DNA from: a virus
Taxonomy: Duplodnaviria > Caudoviricetes
DNA: 60,257 bases
Virus record (IMG/VR): IMGVR_UViG_3300027759_000010
Location: 1-60,257 of that record
Direction: 5' to 3' (one strand)
The notes beneath the pieces are model-generated. The model was not told the origin of the DNA and did not search any database. It saw nothing but the letters and a program-made list of their open reading frames with translations. The number at the start of each line of letters is the position of its first letter. Positions within the stretch are counted from its first letter, which is position 1. Shown piece after piece: positions 7,124 to 15,433 of this stretch. Position numbers and translations under genes: made by a program.

Positions 7124-9619
7124 TTACTCCTTCTTAGGTTTTTGAGACGTTCTTTGTGCCATTTGCACGGCCATCTGAGCGCGGTTTTTAGCAATATCAA
7201 CGCCAATTTTTGCCCCCTCAAGCAACTGCTGTTTCTGGAGCTTGTCTTTTGCAGCGGCAGCGCTCGCACCAACTTGCATAGCCGCAATTTCTTTCTGGGC
7301 CGCAATGCGTGATTCTTCGACCCTAATCTGGTCAGCCTTAGCCGCCGCATCAACTTGTTGCTTCTGAACTTTAAGCTGCAACTCTTGCATCTTGATCTGG
7401 AGTTCTTGCTGCTGCATTTGGATGATCGGGTCTTGTGCTTGTTGCTGAGCCTGCTGCTGTGCGGCCTGTGCTTGAGCTTGCTGGGTCATGCGGGTAGACG
7501 CTTGTGCAGCCAACTGCGCAACTTGCGCAGCCACCTCTGGAGTCATGTTTTTTTCTTGTTCCTCGGTAGGCAACAAGAGGCCAACTGTCTGCTCAACTTC
7601 TTTGCGGTATGCAAACGCCAAGTGCTCGTTGATATGAGCCATCATTGAGCCCATGATTGACTGGCCTTGCGGAGTTGACTGGATAAGCCCCATGATCTTG
7701 GGGTTCTGTAGCATCGACGTATGCACAGCAATGTGGGCTTGGTGATCCTGCTCAATGAACGCCTTCATAGGTTTGCCGGTCAGAGCGTTCTGGTTCTCCT
7801 GCACTGGGTCTGTAGCTGTAGCATCGTCCTCAACCGGTATGAGTTTGGCTGCGTTCTTGATGCCCAACACCTCAATCATCTGACGATGAAGAAGCGGCAG
7901 GTTGTAGAGTTGTGGTGCTGTCTGCGCGAGTTGCAATGCAGCCTGATACTGAACAATCTTCTGCGCCATTGTTGCGGCGTTTGGATCACTCACAGGGATC
8001 ACAGCGACCATGTCGTAGTCAGATTTCTTAGCACGGCGTGAGCCATCAACCGGCTCGTAGTCGTACTCTTCTGGTGTGTAGTCAGCAATAATTGCCTTGA
8101 GCAGCTTGAACTCTTGCTTCATGCTGTAGTGCATACGAGCTTGTACTGCGCCCATCACTTTTAGTGTGCGCTCAAGAATAGCCAGCGTAGTCCCCACGGG
8201 TGCTTGCGCACTCATGTCGCTGACCTTCATGTCTCCTGCGGACGCAAACTGCCTGCCTTCCTGCACAATGTTCTGGAACAGGGTGTAGAGAACTTGGCTT
8301 GGCTCCTTATACGGCAGCGGCAAGATGTTGTCCCGGATCGAGCCACTTGGCACGTCCACATCACGGAACTCACCGGGCGCAATCGGAGTGTCATCACCCT
8401 TGATACGCAGACCACGGGACTTCAGACCACCGGGCAAGTTAGAGAGTGTTCCCGCATCAACAAGCTGCCGGATGAGCATGGTCGCGCTCTTGGCATACCC
8501 ACCGATCAAGTGGATGAGGCCATACCCATAGAACCCAAACCCCGGAATGTACTGGTAGTGGACAAAGTGCTGGCGCTTCATGTGAAGATCATCGCCCTCG
8601 TACCAATTGCGGCGGATGGCAAGAATCTTAGTCGTAGCCTTCTCAACAGTCACAACATAGGGCAGCGCAATACCCGTCATCTCGCCCTCTTTGTCCTTGT
8701 GCTCGTAGCCTTCTAGGTCAAGATCAACGTGCATCTCCAGTATCCTGTACCTGTCGTCCTGCACCGCTGACATGCCCGTCTCTTCATTCTTCTGCTTCTC
8801 AATATCATCAAGCTCATTGGACGGCTCACCCAACTCCACGTCGCTGTAGAACCCAGCTTCTTGCAGCTTGATAATCTCATTCTCAGTTTTACGCATCACG
8901 TGCGTAACGCGCTCGGCACGCTCTAAGTTAGACGCGCCATAGGGAACAACGATGTCTTCTGCGGGGATGAACATCGCAACCTGACGGCCAATGCTCGGGT
9001 CGTAGTAGACCTTCTTAAACGCTGAACCCGCAAGTGGCAAATTCCACAATAGCTTTTCATGCTCCGGGCGATACTCCACCATCACATCAGTAAGCTGGTA
9101 GTTCATGTCCTCGCGCACGCGAGCCGAGGCTTCTTCTTTTTCAGGTGTATCTTTGCCAAGAATCTGCGTCTTTACGGGGCCAGCGGCGGGGAATGTCTCC
9201 ATGATCCCTTCACTTTGAAACCGCACCACAGACTCAGTGAGCATCGGGTGGAACACGCCACAAGCACCAGCCCACGGCTCTGTACGCTCCTCATACTTCA
9301 AACCTAGCAGCTTCAGGCCGTCAACATAAGTTTTGATCCAGTCTTTGCGGTCGCCAATATCTTTATCAAAGTTTGACACCAACTCCGAGCCAAGAGTACC
9401 AAGCACGCTGTCGCTAATATAGTCAGCTAAGTTGGCATCAAAATCATCGTCGCCTTCTTTGTCACTTCCGGGCTCTAATTCAATCTCAATATCGCCCATA
9501 GCAATAGTGACAGACTCAGGGTCTTCAATCTCAATTTCAATAGGAGGAGCCATGCCCATGCCCTCTTCAATACCCAAGGGGGCTGCGTACAAACCTTTGT
9601 CCATTGAACTTGTTGCCAT
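7124..9619 (-). CDS. Portal protein
   Basis: 831 aa directly after TerL; GSAFKKVYYD motif; Gln-rich C-terminal coiled coil reminiscent of the P22 portal barrel. Confidence 0.85.
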   Translation of the reverse strand: MATSSMDKGLYAAPLGIEEGMGMAPPIEIEIEDPESVTIAMGDIEIELEPGSDKEGDDDFDANLADYISDSVLGTLGSELVSNFDKDIGDRKDWIKTYVDGLKLLGLKYEERTEPWAGACGVFHPMLTESVVRFQSEGIMETFPAAGPVKTQILGKDTPEKEEASARVREDMNYQLTDVMVEYRPEHEKLLWNLPLAGSAFKKVYYDPSIGRQVAMFIPAEDIVVPYGASNLERAERVTHVMRKTENEIIKLQEAGFYSDVELGEPSNELDDIEKQKNEETGMSAVQDDRYRILEMHVDLDLEGYEHKDKEGEMTGIALPYVVTVEKATTKILAIRRNWYEGDDLHMKRQHFVHYQYIPGFGFYGYGLIHLIGGYAKSATMLIRQLVDAGTLSNLPGGLKSRGLRIKGDDTPIAPGEFRDVDVPSGSIRDNILPLPYKEPSQVLYTLFQNIVQEGRQFASAGDMKVSDMSAQAPVGTTLAILERTLKVMGAVQARMHYSMKQEFKLLKAIIADYTPEEYDYEPVDGSRRAKKSDYDMVAVIPVSDPNAATMAQKIVQYQAALQLAQTAPQLYNLPLLHRQMIEVLGIKNAAKLIPVEDDATATDPVQENQNALTGKPMKAFIEQDHQAHIAVHTSMLQNPKIMGLIQSTPQGQSIMGSMMAHINEHLAFAYRKEVEQTVGLLLPTEEQEKNMTPEVAAQVAQLAAQASTRMTQQAQAQAAQQQAQQQAQDPIIQMQQQELQIKMQELQLKVQKQQVDAAAKADQIRVEESRIAAQKEIAAMQVGASAAAAKDKLQKQQLLEGAKIGVDIAKNRAQMAVQMAQRTSQKPKKE

Positions 9620-9628
9620 TTTTAATCC

Positions 9629-11149
9629 TTAGACTGTATAGAACCGCTCGCGGCGGCTACCTTTAAACCATTTAATTTCTTCAGGCTCATCGCTCGGTAA
9701 GCGCAGGAACCCACCTTGACGAAAGCGCATCAGCGCTAAAGTTGTTGCGTCAACCAAGTCATCGTGTTCGCCTGACGGGAATGCTGCAACCTCGTCCACT
9801 AGCTCTTCTGCCCAGCGAGTTTGTGGAACCCACACTTTCCCACTCGCAATTATGTCTGAGACCGAGTTCAAACGGGCAATTTTGTCTTGGCCCTTACCCG
9901 GCGTGTACTCCTGCACCGGTATGCCCATTGCCCGCAGGTCATAGATGAGCGGCGCACCGGACGCCTTCTTCTCCACGATTAATGAGTCAGGTTCATACTC
10001 GTTGTACTCACGCAAAACATCCCGCTTGAGGTCTGGGAACTCCACACGCTTCTTATATGTGTTGAGCAAAATAATGTTGGGGGCGAAGTTATCTTCCTCG
10101 CAGTTAAAGATACCCCACGTAGTACCGGCTGAATAGTCGGCACGCTGAGTTTTCTCAAACGCCGTATCCCATGACTGCAAGATGTAGTCGCACACAGGGG
10201 GATCATCTTTCTCCCACCACTTCCACCAATCTCTCTTAACAATAGCAGACTCATTGCCCACCGGGTTCTGCTGATACTGCGCCTGCCACTTGGAGTTGGG
10301 CAACTCTTCGCGCAAGGCTTCGAGTTCTTCTTTGCTCCAAAACTGAGGCCATACAGGGTTGCCCGAAGGCAGGATTGCGGGGAACTCAATGACCTCCCAC
10401 TCTTCGCCTGCCCTCTGAGCCGCGCTTTTGAGCACCTGACCCGTCAAATCTCTTGCCGCCCAGCGCGTCATAACGATCACAATAGCCCCACCCGGCTGCA
10501 AACGCTGCCTAGGGCCGGACGTGTACCACTCATACACCTTGTCGTACACCTCTGGATTGCTTGCTGCCATCGCAGCTTCTTGTTCTGAGTGCGGATCGTC
10601 AATAATAAGCACGTCAGCGCCCTTACCGGTCACTGCACCACCCACACCAATCGCAAAATAGTCACCACCCCTGCTGGTATTCCACCGGCCAGCCGCTTTT
10701 GAGTCAGCTTGCAGCACTAAATTAGGAAAAATCCCGTTGTAAATCTCGGAATCCACCAAATTTCGCACTTTTCTACCAAATCCCACCGCCAATTCAGCAG
10801 TGTGGGACGTCTGAATCACCTTTTTATGGGGAAATTTGCCCAAAAACCAAGCTGGCAACAGATAAGAAGCAAACTCAGACTTGGTATGACGAGGGGGCAT
10901 ATTGATAATAAGACGTTTGCAAGTTCCATTAGCAACCCTTTCAAAAGCTTCGGCCATTCGCTTGTGGTGCGCACCTGAAATAAAAGTTGGCCAGACCTTT
11001 TCTACAAACTTGATGAACTTGTCTTGGCAAAGTTCACGGTCTTTGAGCTTTTCCAACTTAACAAGCTGAGCTTCCAACACGCGCAGGTCAGCATCGGATA
11101 GCTTGCCGGTGTTTATGGCCGACTCGATGTCTTTAAGAGTTAGGCTCAT
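9629..11149 (-). CDS. terL: Terminase large subunit
   Basis: INMPPRHTKS Walker A, LIIDDP Walker B, MTRW, SWDTA, VEKKASG and HDDLVDA nuclease motifs. Confidence 0.95.
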   Translation of the reverse strand: MSLTLKDIESAINTGKLSDADLRVLEAQLVKLEKLKDRELCQDKFIKFVEKVWPTFISGAHHKRMAEAFERVANGTCKRLIINMPPRHTKSEFASYLLPAWFLGKFPHKKVIQTSHTAELAVGFGRKVRNLVDSEIYNGIFPNLVLQADSKAAGRWNTSRGGDYFAIGVGGAVTGKGADVLIIDDPHSEQEAAMAASNPEVYDKVYEWYTSGPRQRLQPGGAIVIVMTRWAARDLTGQVLKSAAQRAGEEWEVIEFPAILPSGNPVWPQFWSKEELEALREELPNSKWQAQYQQNPVGNESAIVKRDWWKWWEKDDPPVCDYILQSWDTAFEKTQRADYSAGTTWGIFNCEEDNFAPNIILLNTYKKRVEFPDLKRDVLREYNEYEPDSLIVEKKASGAPLIYDLRAMGIPVQEYTPGKGQDKIARLNSVSDIIASGKVWVPQTRWAEELVDEVAAFPSGEHDDLVDATTLALMRFRQGGFLRLPSDEPEEIKWFKGSRRERFYTV

Positions 11150-11732
11150 TTATATCTTCAGGTACGTCTACCATACGTGTTTCTTCTGTTGGGCCTAGGA
11201 GCGTATCCAGATCATCTAGAGGTGTGGCATCCATCACTTCTGCGTTCATGAGCCGCTTGATACGTTCCTTGATGGAGTCTTCCAGCCCCTTGCTTGTGGT
11301 GTGATGCACAGTAATCTCACTGCGCTCAGTAAAGAGGCCGATGTCTGAATGTTTGCCCAACAACTCAAGCGCTTTGATCTCAATCTTCGGATCGCCGCAG
11401 TCAGTCATCTTGACCAACTTGTTCGTAATAAATGTGCGGGCTTGTTGTATATCCGTAAATGCTTGGAAGTCAAATTGCTTGACAAGTACAGACGCAGCCT
11501 TAGCCTCTGCCGCACTAAGTACGTGCTTAGGCACATTGGGTTTATTGGTGCCGTTAATTAGCTCTGCTGCTTTATGCAGAGAGTTGTCATCGTAATCAAT
11601 GCCGGGGCCCAGCACATCAATAAGGTCTGCGGTATTTGCAGCGATGGCTATGCCGTCCTTGTGAGTCTTGGGCTGCTCATCGGACATATCGAACGGTAAC
11701 TTGTGTTCCGTTGTTGGCTGAATTTCAATCAT
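11133..11732 (-). CDS. Putative terminase small subunit
   Basis: Overlaps the TerL start; IKALELLGKH..GLFTER motif; likely start MIEIQ at 11732. Confidence 0.6.
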   Translation of the reverse strand: MIEIQPTTEHKLPFDMSDEQPKTHKDGIAIAANTADLIDVLGPGIDYDDNSLHKAAELINGTNKPNVPKHVLSAAEAKAASVLVKQFDFQAFTDIQQARTFITNKLVKMTDCGDPKIEIKALELLGKHSDIGLFTERSEITVHHTTSKGLEDSIKERIKRLMNAEVMDATPLDDLDTLLGPTEETRMVDVPEDINEPNS

Positions 11733-12034
11733 AGGCACCGTAGGTGAACGGGAGTGGTGCAAATGTAACACTACTTTTAAATTTTTGCAAAAATTTTTTT
11801 GGGCTAGCCTTTTATTTTTGCACCGGGGGGTGTTTGGGAGCGGAGAAAAAGAGGATAAAAAGCGGAAAACTGAAAGGGGGTGGGGGGATTTTTAATTTAG
11901 CTCATCGGGAGAGCTACACAGTGTGTATGTGACTACGGGACTCCTTTGCTCAAAATCTGGGTGATGGGGTATTGCTGGTGGCAAAACCTAACTTTTGTTA
12001 TGGGATGCCCCTATTTATCTTTTTATTTATTACT

Positions 12035-12062
12035 TTGCATTTTGTGGTGCGATTTGTATAAT
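12035..12062 (+). promoter_or_regulatory. Sigma70-like promoter for the first early gene
   Basis: TTGCAT-N16-TATAAT. Confidence 0.55.
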
Positions 12063-12139
12063 AGATAGCATGCACCGCACAATGTGATGCATCCCTGATA
12101 GCAGGGTTTTATTAGATGATATTAGAAAAGGTATTTATC

Positions 12140-12655
12140 ATGACTACAGTTATTCAGACCCAAGCAATTGACACCGGTATCCTTGATGCAGCAGAGATTG
12201 CATTAGTTGACGGGGTTAGCAAAACCGGTGACTTAATTCAAGGTTACGCCGATGCACTGTGCGCGGTATTCAATCGGCGCGACACTGAGGGTCATACCCT
12301 CGAAGCATGGTACAACCTAGTCGGTGCGGAGCGTAAGGGTATCAAGGCGCGCCGCGCTTCATTTGTTCAACGCATGATTGCACGCGGACATGTTAAGGCT
12401 GGGACTACTGACAAACCCAGTGCAACAGTTGACACCTACTGGCAACGGGTCAAGGAAGCTTCGGGCTATGTGCCAAAAGGCAGGGTTTCCGGTGGCACTG
12501 ACGTAGATGCTAAGACCCTTGCAGAATTGAAGACCATGATTAATCGGATTCTGAAGTCCGAGGAAGACGGCAAAGACTGTAACGCTTCGATGTTCAAAGG
12601 CAACCTGATGGAGGTCTTCGAGGGCTTGGGCGGTGAAGTGGATACGCTCGGATAA
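12140..12655 (+). CDS. Hypothetical early protein
   Basis: 171 aa from MTTVIQ, AAAGG RBS, downstream of a promoter. Confidence 0.75.
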   Translation: MTTVIQTQAIDTGILDAAEIALVDGVSKTGDLIQGYADALCAVFNRRDTEGHTLEAWYNLVGAERKGIKARRASFVQRMIARGHVKAGTTDKPSATVDTYWQRVKEASGYVPKGRVSGGTDVDAKTLAELKTMINRILKSEEDGKDCNASMFKGNLMEVFEGLGGEVDTLG

Positions 12656-12665
12656 GTAAATCACG

Positions 12666-12689
12666 GAACCTAGGGGAAACCCTAGGTTC
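12666..12689 (+). other. Perfect 10-bp hairpin with GAAA tetraloop
   Basis: GAACCTAGGG-GAAA-CCCTAGGTTC, directly abutting a CTAAC dyad; no U tract. Confidence 0.6.
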
Positions 12690-12717
12690 TAACAAATGTT
12701 AGAAACTGGAGAAAATT

Positions 12718-12867
12718 ATGGTCATTCGTTTAAGTGGTACATTTTGCCGGTTCTTGTTATCGAAGCATATGATGTGGGCTTGGAAATTCTGGTGGATTGG
12801 AACCGCCCGAGTCGGCACTGATTGCACCAACTACGTTCGCATAGGTTGGATCACCCCAAAATTCTAA
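12718..12867 (+). CDS. Small Trp-rich hypothetical protein (49 aa)
   Basis: GGAGA RBS; MVIRLSGTFCRFLLSKHMMWAWKFWWIG...; manual translation. Confidence 0.55.
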   Translation: MVIRLSGTFCRFLLSKHMMWAWKFWWIGTARVGTDCTNYVRIGWITPKF

Positions 12868-12885
12868 CCTAATGTTATAAAACTT

Positions 12886-12909
12886 AGCCCGCCTAGTGCG
12901 GGCTTTTTT
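12886..12909 (+). terminator. Rho-independent terminator
   Basis: AGCCCGC-CTAGT-GCGGGCT-TTTTT. Confidence 0.8.
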
Positions 12910-12931
12910 GCGTCTGTACCTAACAAATGTT

Positions 12932-13073
12932 AGCGCACCACAATGTTATTTTTAGTCTGGATTTTGTCTTGCACCAGTTCTCTGTGCGGGGGTAGGACAG
13001 CGTACCACAATGTTATTTGTTCTATTGATGGGACAATTTAGGCTTGCACCAGTTCTCTGTGCGGGGGTAGGAC
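12932..13073. repeat. Imperfect tandem duplication with a perfect 31-bp core
   Basis: CTTGCACCAGTTCTCTGTGCGGGGGTAGGAC at 12968-12998 and 13043-13073; AGCGYACCACAATGTTATTT at 12932 and 12999. Confidence 0.85.
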
Positions 13074-13165
13074 TAAGCAAATCTAACAAATGTTATGTTT
13101 CGGTGTGGCAAAATTTGGCTTTGTTACGTTACAAAAATGGAAACGTAACGCACTTTCTTCAATGA

Positions 13166-13178
13166 AATCAACAACTTA
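13166..13178 (+). promoter_or_regulatory. IHF-binding consensus site
   Basis: AATCAACAACTTA matches WATCAANNNNTTR. Confidence 0.65.
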
Positions 13179-13340
13179 GCCCCTAATGTTACATGTTACG
13201 TTTTTTTGCGAAGTGGCATGGCGGTCAGAAAGGCGGCGCAAGTCAGCAAGTGCAATCTGTACCATGATATAATCTAGGAAAGCCTTATATATAATTCTTA
13301 AAAAAACTTAACATTGTAACTTTACCCGTTTTTTCTCTCG

Positions 13341-13353
13341 TAACCTGTTGATT
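13341..13353 (-). promoter_or_regulatory. IHF-binding consensus site (inverted)
   Basis: Minus strand AATCAACAGGTTA matches WATCAANNNNTTR; overlaps the inverted repeat 13160-13173/13346-13359. Confidence 0.65.
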
Positions 13354-13483
13354 TCATTGGACTTTATAATGTTATATGTCAAAACTTTTTCTCGTAACAT
13401 TCTGCAACATTGTCACAAATAAACGTAACACCCCCACACCAGCAGAACGTAACAATACTGCGCCGATGCACACCCCCAAATAC

Positions 13484-13512
13484 TTGACATATCCATAACT
13501 TTGTGGTATAAT
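13484..13512 (+). promoter_or_regulatory. Consensus sigma70 early promoter with extended -10
   Basis: TTGACA-N17-TATAAT with TG at -15/-14. Confidence 0.9.
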
Positions 13513-13595
13513 ATAAAGATGGGTTGGGGTTATTGTGTTCGTCGTTAGGTTTGCCCAGCCCAGTAAAGCCTAACATTTGTTAGAAAGGTTAGAAG

Positions 13596-13760
13596 ATGAA
13601 ATCAGTATGGATTCTCACGCAGAACTTGGCGTTCATTTGCGGAGTGTACTCAAGCGAAGCAAAAGCCGAGCGCGTCATGCGTGAGTTAGAAGCCCGAGAC
13701 CTAGAGGGTGGGACACCTCTGGCTAACAGCTACTACGTGACAGAAGAAGACGTTGAATAA
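13596..13760 (+). CDS. Small hypothetical early protein (54 aa)
   Basis: MKSVWILTQNLAFICGVYSSEAKAE...; bounded by dyads at both ends, with the stop codon inside the second. Confidence 0.7.
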   Translation: MKSVWILTQNLAFICGVYSSEAKAERVMRELEARDLEGGTPLANSYYVTEEDVE

Positions 13761-13782
13761 CATTTGTTAGAAAGGTTAGATC

Positions 13783-14007
13783 ATGAATGATTGGAAGCTA
13801 TGCCGTGACTGCGGCGATGAGTTCTCTGTAGAGCGCTGGAGCTTAGGCTATCGGCACTGCCTATTCTGCGGTGAGGAAGCTGCCCGTACCGAGCGCATGA
13901 GTTGGTGCGTTATCCAAGAGTACACCAAGGGTAATTACCAATTTGTTACAACTGCTAGCGCACATACAACGCTCAAACAGACTAATCAAAAAGAATTGAG
14001 GGGCTGA
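13783..14007 (+). CDS. Small zinc-finger protein
   Basis: CRDC...CLFC. Confidence 0.75.
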   Translation: MNDWKLCRDCGDEFSVERWSLGYRHCLFCGEEAARTERMSWCVIQEYTKGNYQFVTTASAHTTLKQTNQKELRG

Positions 14008-14010
14008 CCC

Positions 14011-14184
14011 ATGACCGAAGACCCCAAAGATACAGCCGAGAGGATGGTTAGCCTGTACAAGCACAGCAAGTACACGCCCGAGGAAAGGGCGACTGACCAT
14101 GCGTTTGCCTACGACAGCCACGAAGCAGGGCGCAAGTTCTGGATTGCGGTTCTAAACCATATCAACAAAGGAGCAAACAAATGA
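14011..14184 (+). CDS. Small hypothetical protein (57 aa)
   Basis: GAGGGG RBS, manual translation MTEDPKDTAERMV...; ATGA overlap with the next gene. Confidence 0.6.
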   Translation: MTEDPKDTAERMVSLYKHSKYTPEERATDHAFAYDSHEAGRKFWIAVLNHINKGANK

Positions 14185-14501
14185 GCGACACAAAAAAGAT
14201 AGCCGCTTTTCTGCTGTACATGGCAGAGCACGAGCGCCCGACAGTTAATCGAATGGCAGGTTTAACTGTATTTGCCGACTTGGTATCGCTTGCGAAGCAT
14301 GAGTTTGAAACCATGAGCGTGGAGGAGCGGGACAAGTTTAAGAAGCCCGAGTACACCATGAACGAAGCCGAGATATATATCGAGGAGAGATTGAAGCACA
14401 TGCGAGAAGCGTTTGACAAAGCATTGGAGGAAGCCGAGTACCAAGCAGATTATTACGAGCGGAGATTCAATGCAGTCCGAGAAGCCGTAGAAAAAGCCTA
14501 A
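14181..14501 (+). CDS. Hypothetical protein
   Basis: 106 aa, AAGGAG RBS, stop codon within a dyad. Confidence 0.7.
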   Translation: MSDTKKIAAFLLYMAEHERPTVNRMAGLTVFADLVSLAKHEFETMSVEERDKFKKPEYTMNEAEIYIEERLKHMREAFDKALEEAEYQADYYERRFNAVREAVEKA

Positions 14502-14526
14502 CAATTGTTAGAAAAGGAGCAAACAA

Positions 14527-14700
14527 ATGAGGCCAAGACACGTAAAGGTGGACAAGCTGACCAAGCGAGTTAGCCAGACCGACTACTTACAAATGTTAGA
14601 TGAGGCCATGAAGTACGCAAGGATTCAGGAGTCCAAGCCCATGTTGCAGGTGAGGGAGTTGCCCATACACACTAAGGAGGGAGTACAAGATGCTGACTAG
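14527..14700 (+). CDS. Small hypothetical protein (57 aa)
   Basis: AAAGGAGCAAACAAATG start, same RBS block as 14181; manual translation. Confidence 0.6.
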   Translation: MRPRHVKVDKLTKRVSQTDYLQMLDEAMKYARIQESKPMLQVRELPIHTKEGVQDAD

Positions 14701-14779
14701 AACCGAGAAGATCACCCGCGTGGTGTTCCTGCTTTGTCTTATTGTCGTAGCCCTAGACCTGTTTTATTGGAGGCCATGA
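14690..14779 (+). CDS. Small membrane peptide (29 aa)
   Basis: MLTRTEKITRVVFLLCLIVVALDLFYWRP; GGAG RBS. Confidence 0.55.
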   Translation: MLTRTEKITRVVFLLCLIVVALDLFYWRP

Positions 14780-14931
14780 TGAGGTTGTTACAAGACGAGT
14801 GCCGAGGACTGAGCAGCTGGTTTGCAAGCCGACTGGATGCTAGGGAAGTGGTACGAAATAATCTTAGGGAGGAACTAACAGATGTTAGGGAGTGGGAACT
14901 TAACAACGATCAACCGAGCAGGGAGGGCTAG
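14776..14931 (+). CDS. Small hypothetical protein
   Basis: GGAGG RBS, MMRLLQDECRGLSSWFASRLDAR. Confidence 0.6.
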   Translation: MMRLLQDECRGLSSWFASRLDAREVVRNNLREELTDVREWELNNDQPSREG

Positions 14932-15120
14932 ATGAACAACTATTACCTTTGCCGAGTACCACACACGAAGGTGGTTGTCGTGCTTACGGACATGGACTAC
15001 AGATACCAGCGTTTGCATGAGAGCCAACTGCGCGAGCCTAACCCTGAATATAACTTTGTGCTGTTGGCGCAGGGGTCGGAGAAACTTATGAAGCAGTACA
15101 GAAACTTAATGGGGGTCTAA
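14932..15120 (+). CDS. Small hypothetical protein
   Basis: 62 aa, GGAGG RBS, stop codon in a dyad. Confidence 0.65.
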   Translation: MNNYYLCRVPHTKVVVVLTDMDYRYQRLHESQLREPNPEYNFVLLAQGSEKLMKQYRNLMGV

Positions 15121-15123
15121 CAA

Positions 15124-15285
15124 ATGTTAGCTAGATACTACGTGACAGGGTGGAGTGGTGGGTTCGGCAGATGGATTGCCGAGAGCCTCGAAGCTAAGAG
15201 TATGACGGTGGCGAAGCAGAGGTTCACTACCAAGTACCCCACACTCAAGACTATTAAAGCATACAAATTGAGAGGAGAAGCATAG
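15124..15285 (+). CDS. Small hypothetical protein (53 aa)
   Basis: ATG lies inside a dyad; MLARYYVTGWSGGFGRWIAESLEAKS... Confidence 0.6.
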   Translation: MLARYYVTGWSGGFGRWIAESLEAKSMTVAKQRFTTKYPTLKTIKAYKLRGEA

Positions 15286-15294
15286 GCGAGAAAC

Positions 15295-15323
15295 TTGACA
15301 TACCCATTAAATTGTGGTATAAT
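15295..15323 (+). promoter_or_regulatory. Consensus sigma70 early promoter with extended -10
   Basis: TTGACA-N17-TATAAT; near-copy of the 13484 promoter. Confidence 0.9.
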
Positions 15324-15433
15324 TAAGGTTGCTATGGATAATTGTGTCTGTAGTAGTTAGAGTAGGTGGAAGCGTTTAGAGCGCAACCCCCTAACATTTG
15401 TTAGAAATATTAGCGTAATCAGAAGGATTGAAA

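Noticed and set aside
12968-13073. Two 31-bp repeats with a 44-bp gap as a CRISPR array
   Set aside because: Only two copies; part of the gap is itself duplicated upstream; not a repeat family I recognise; no cas operon
11772-13595. tRNA genes or alternative genetic code
   Set aside because: No cloverleaf with T-loop and D-loop consensus seen in the intergenic regions; core genes are intact in the standard code and use all three stop codons
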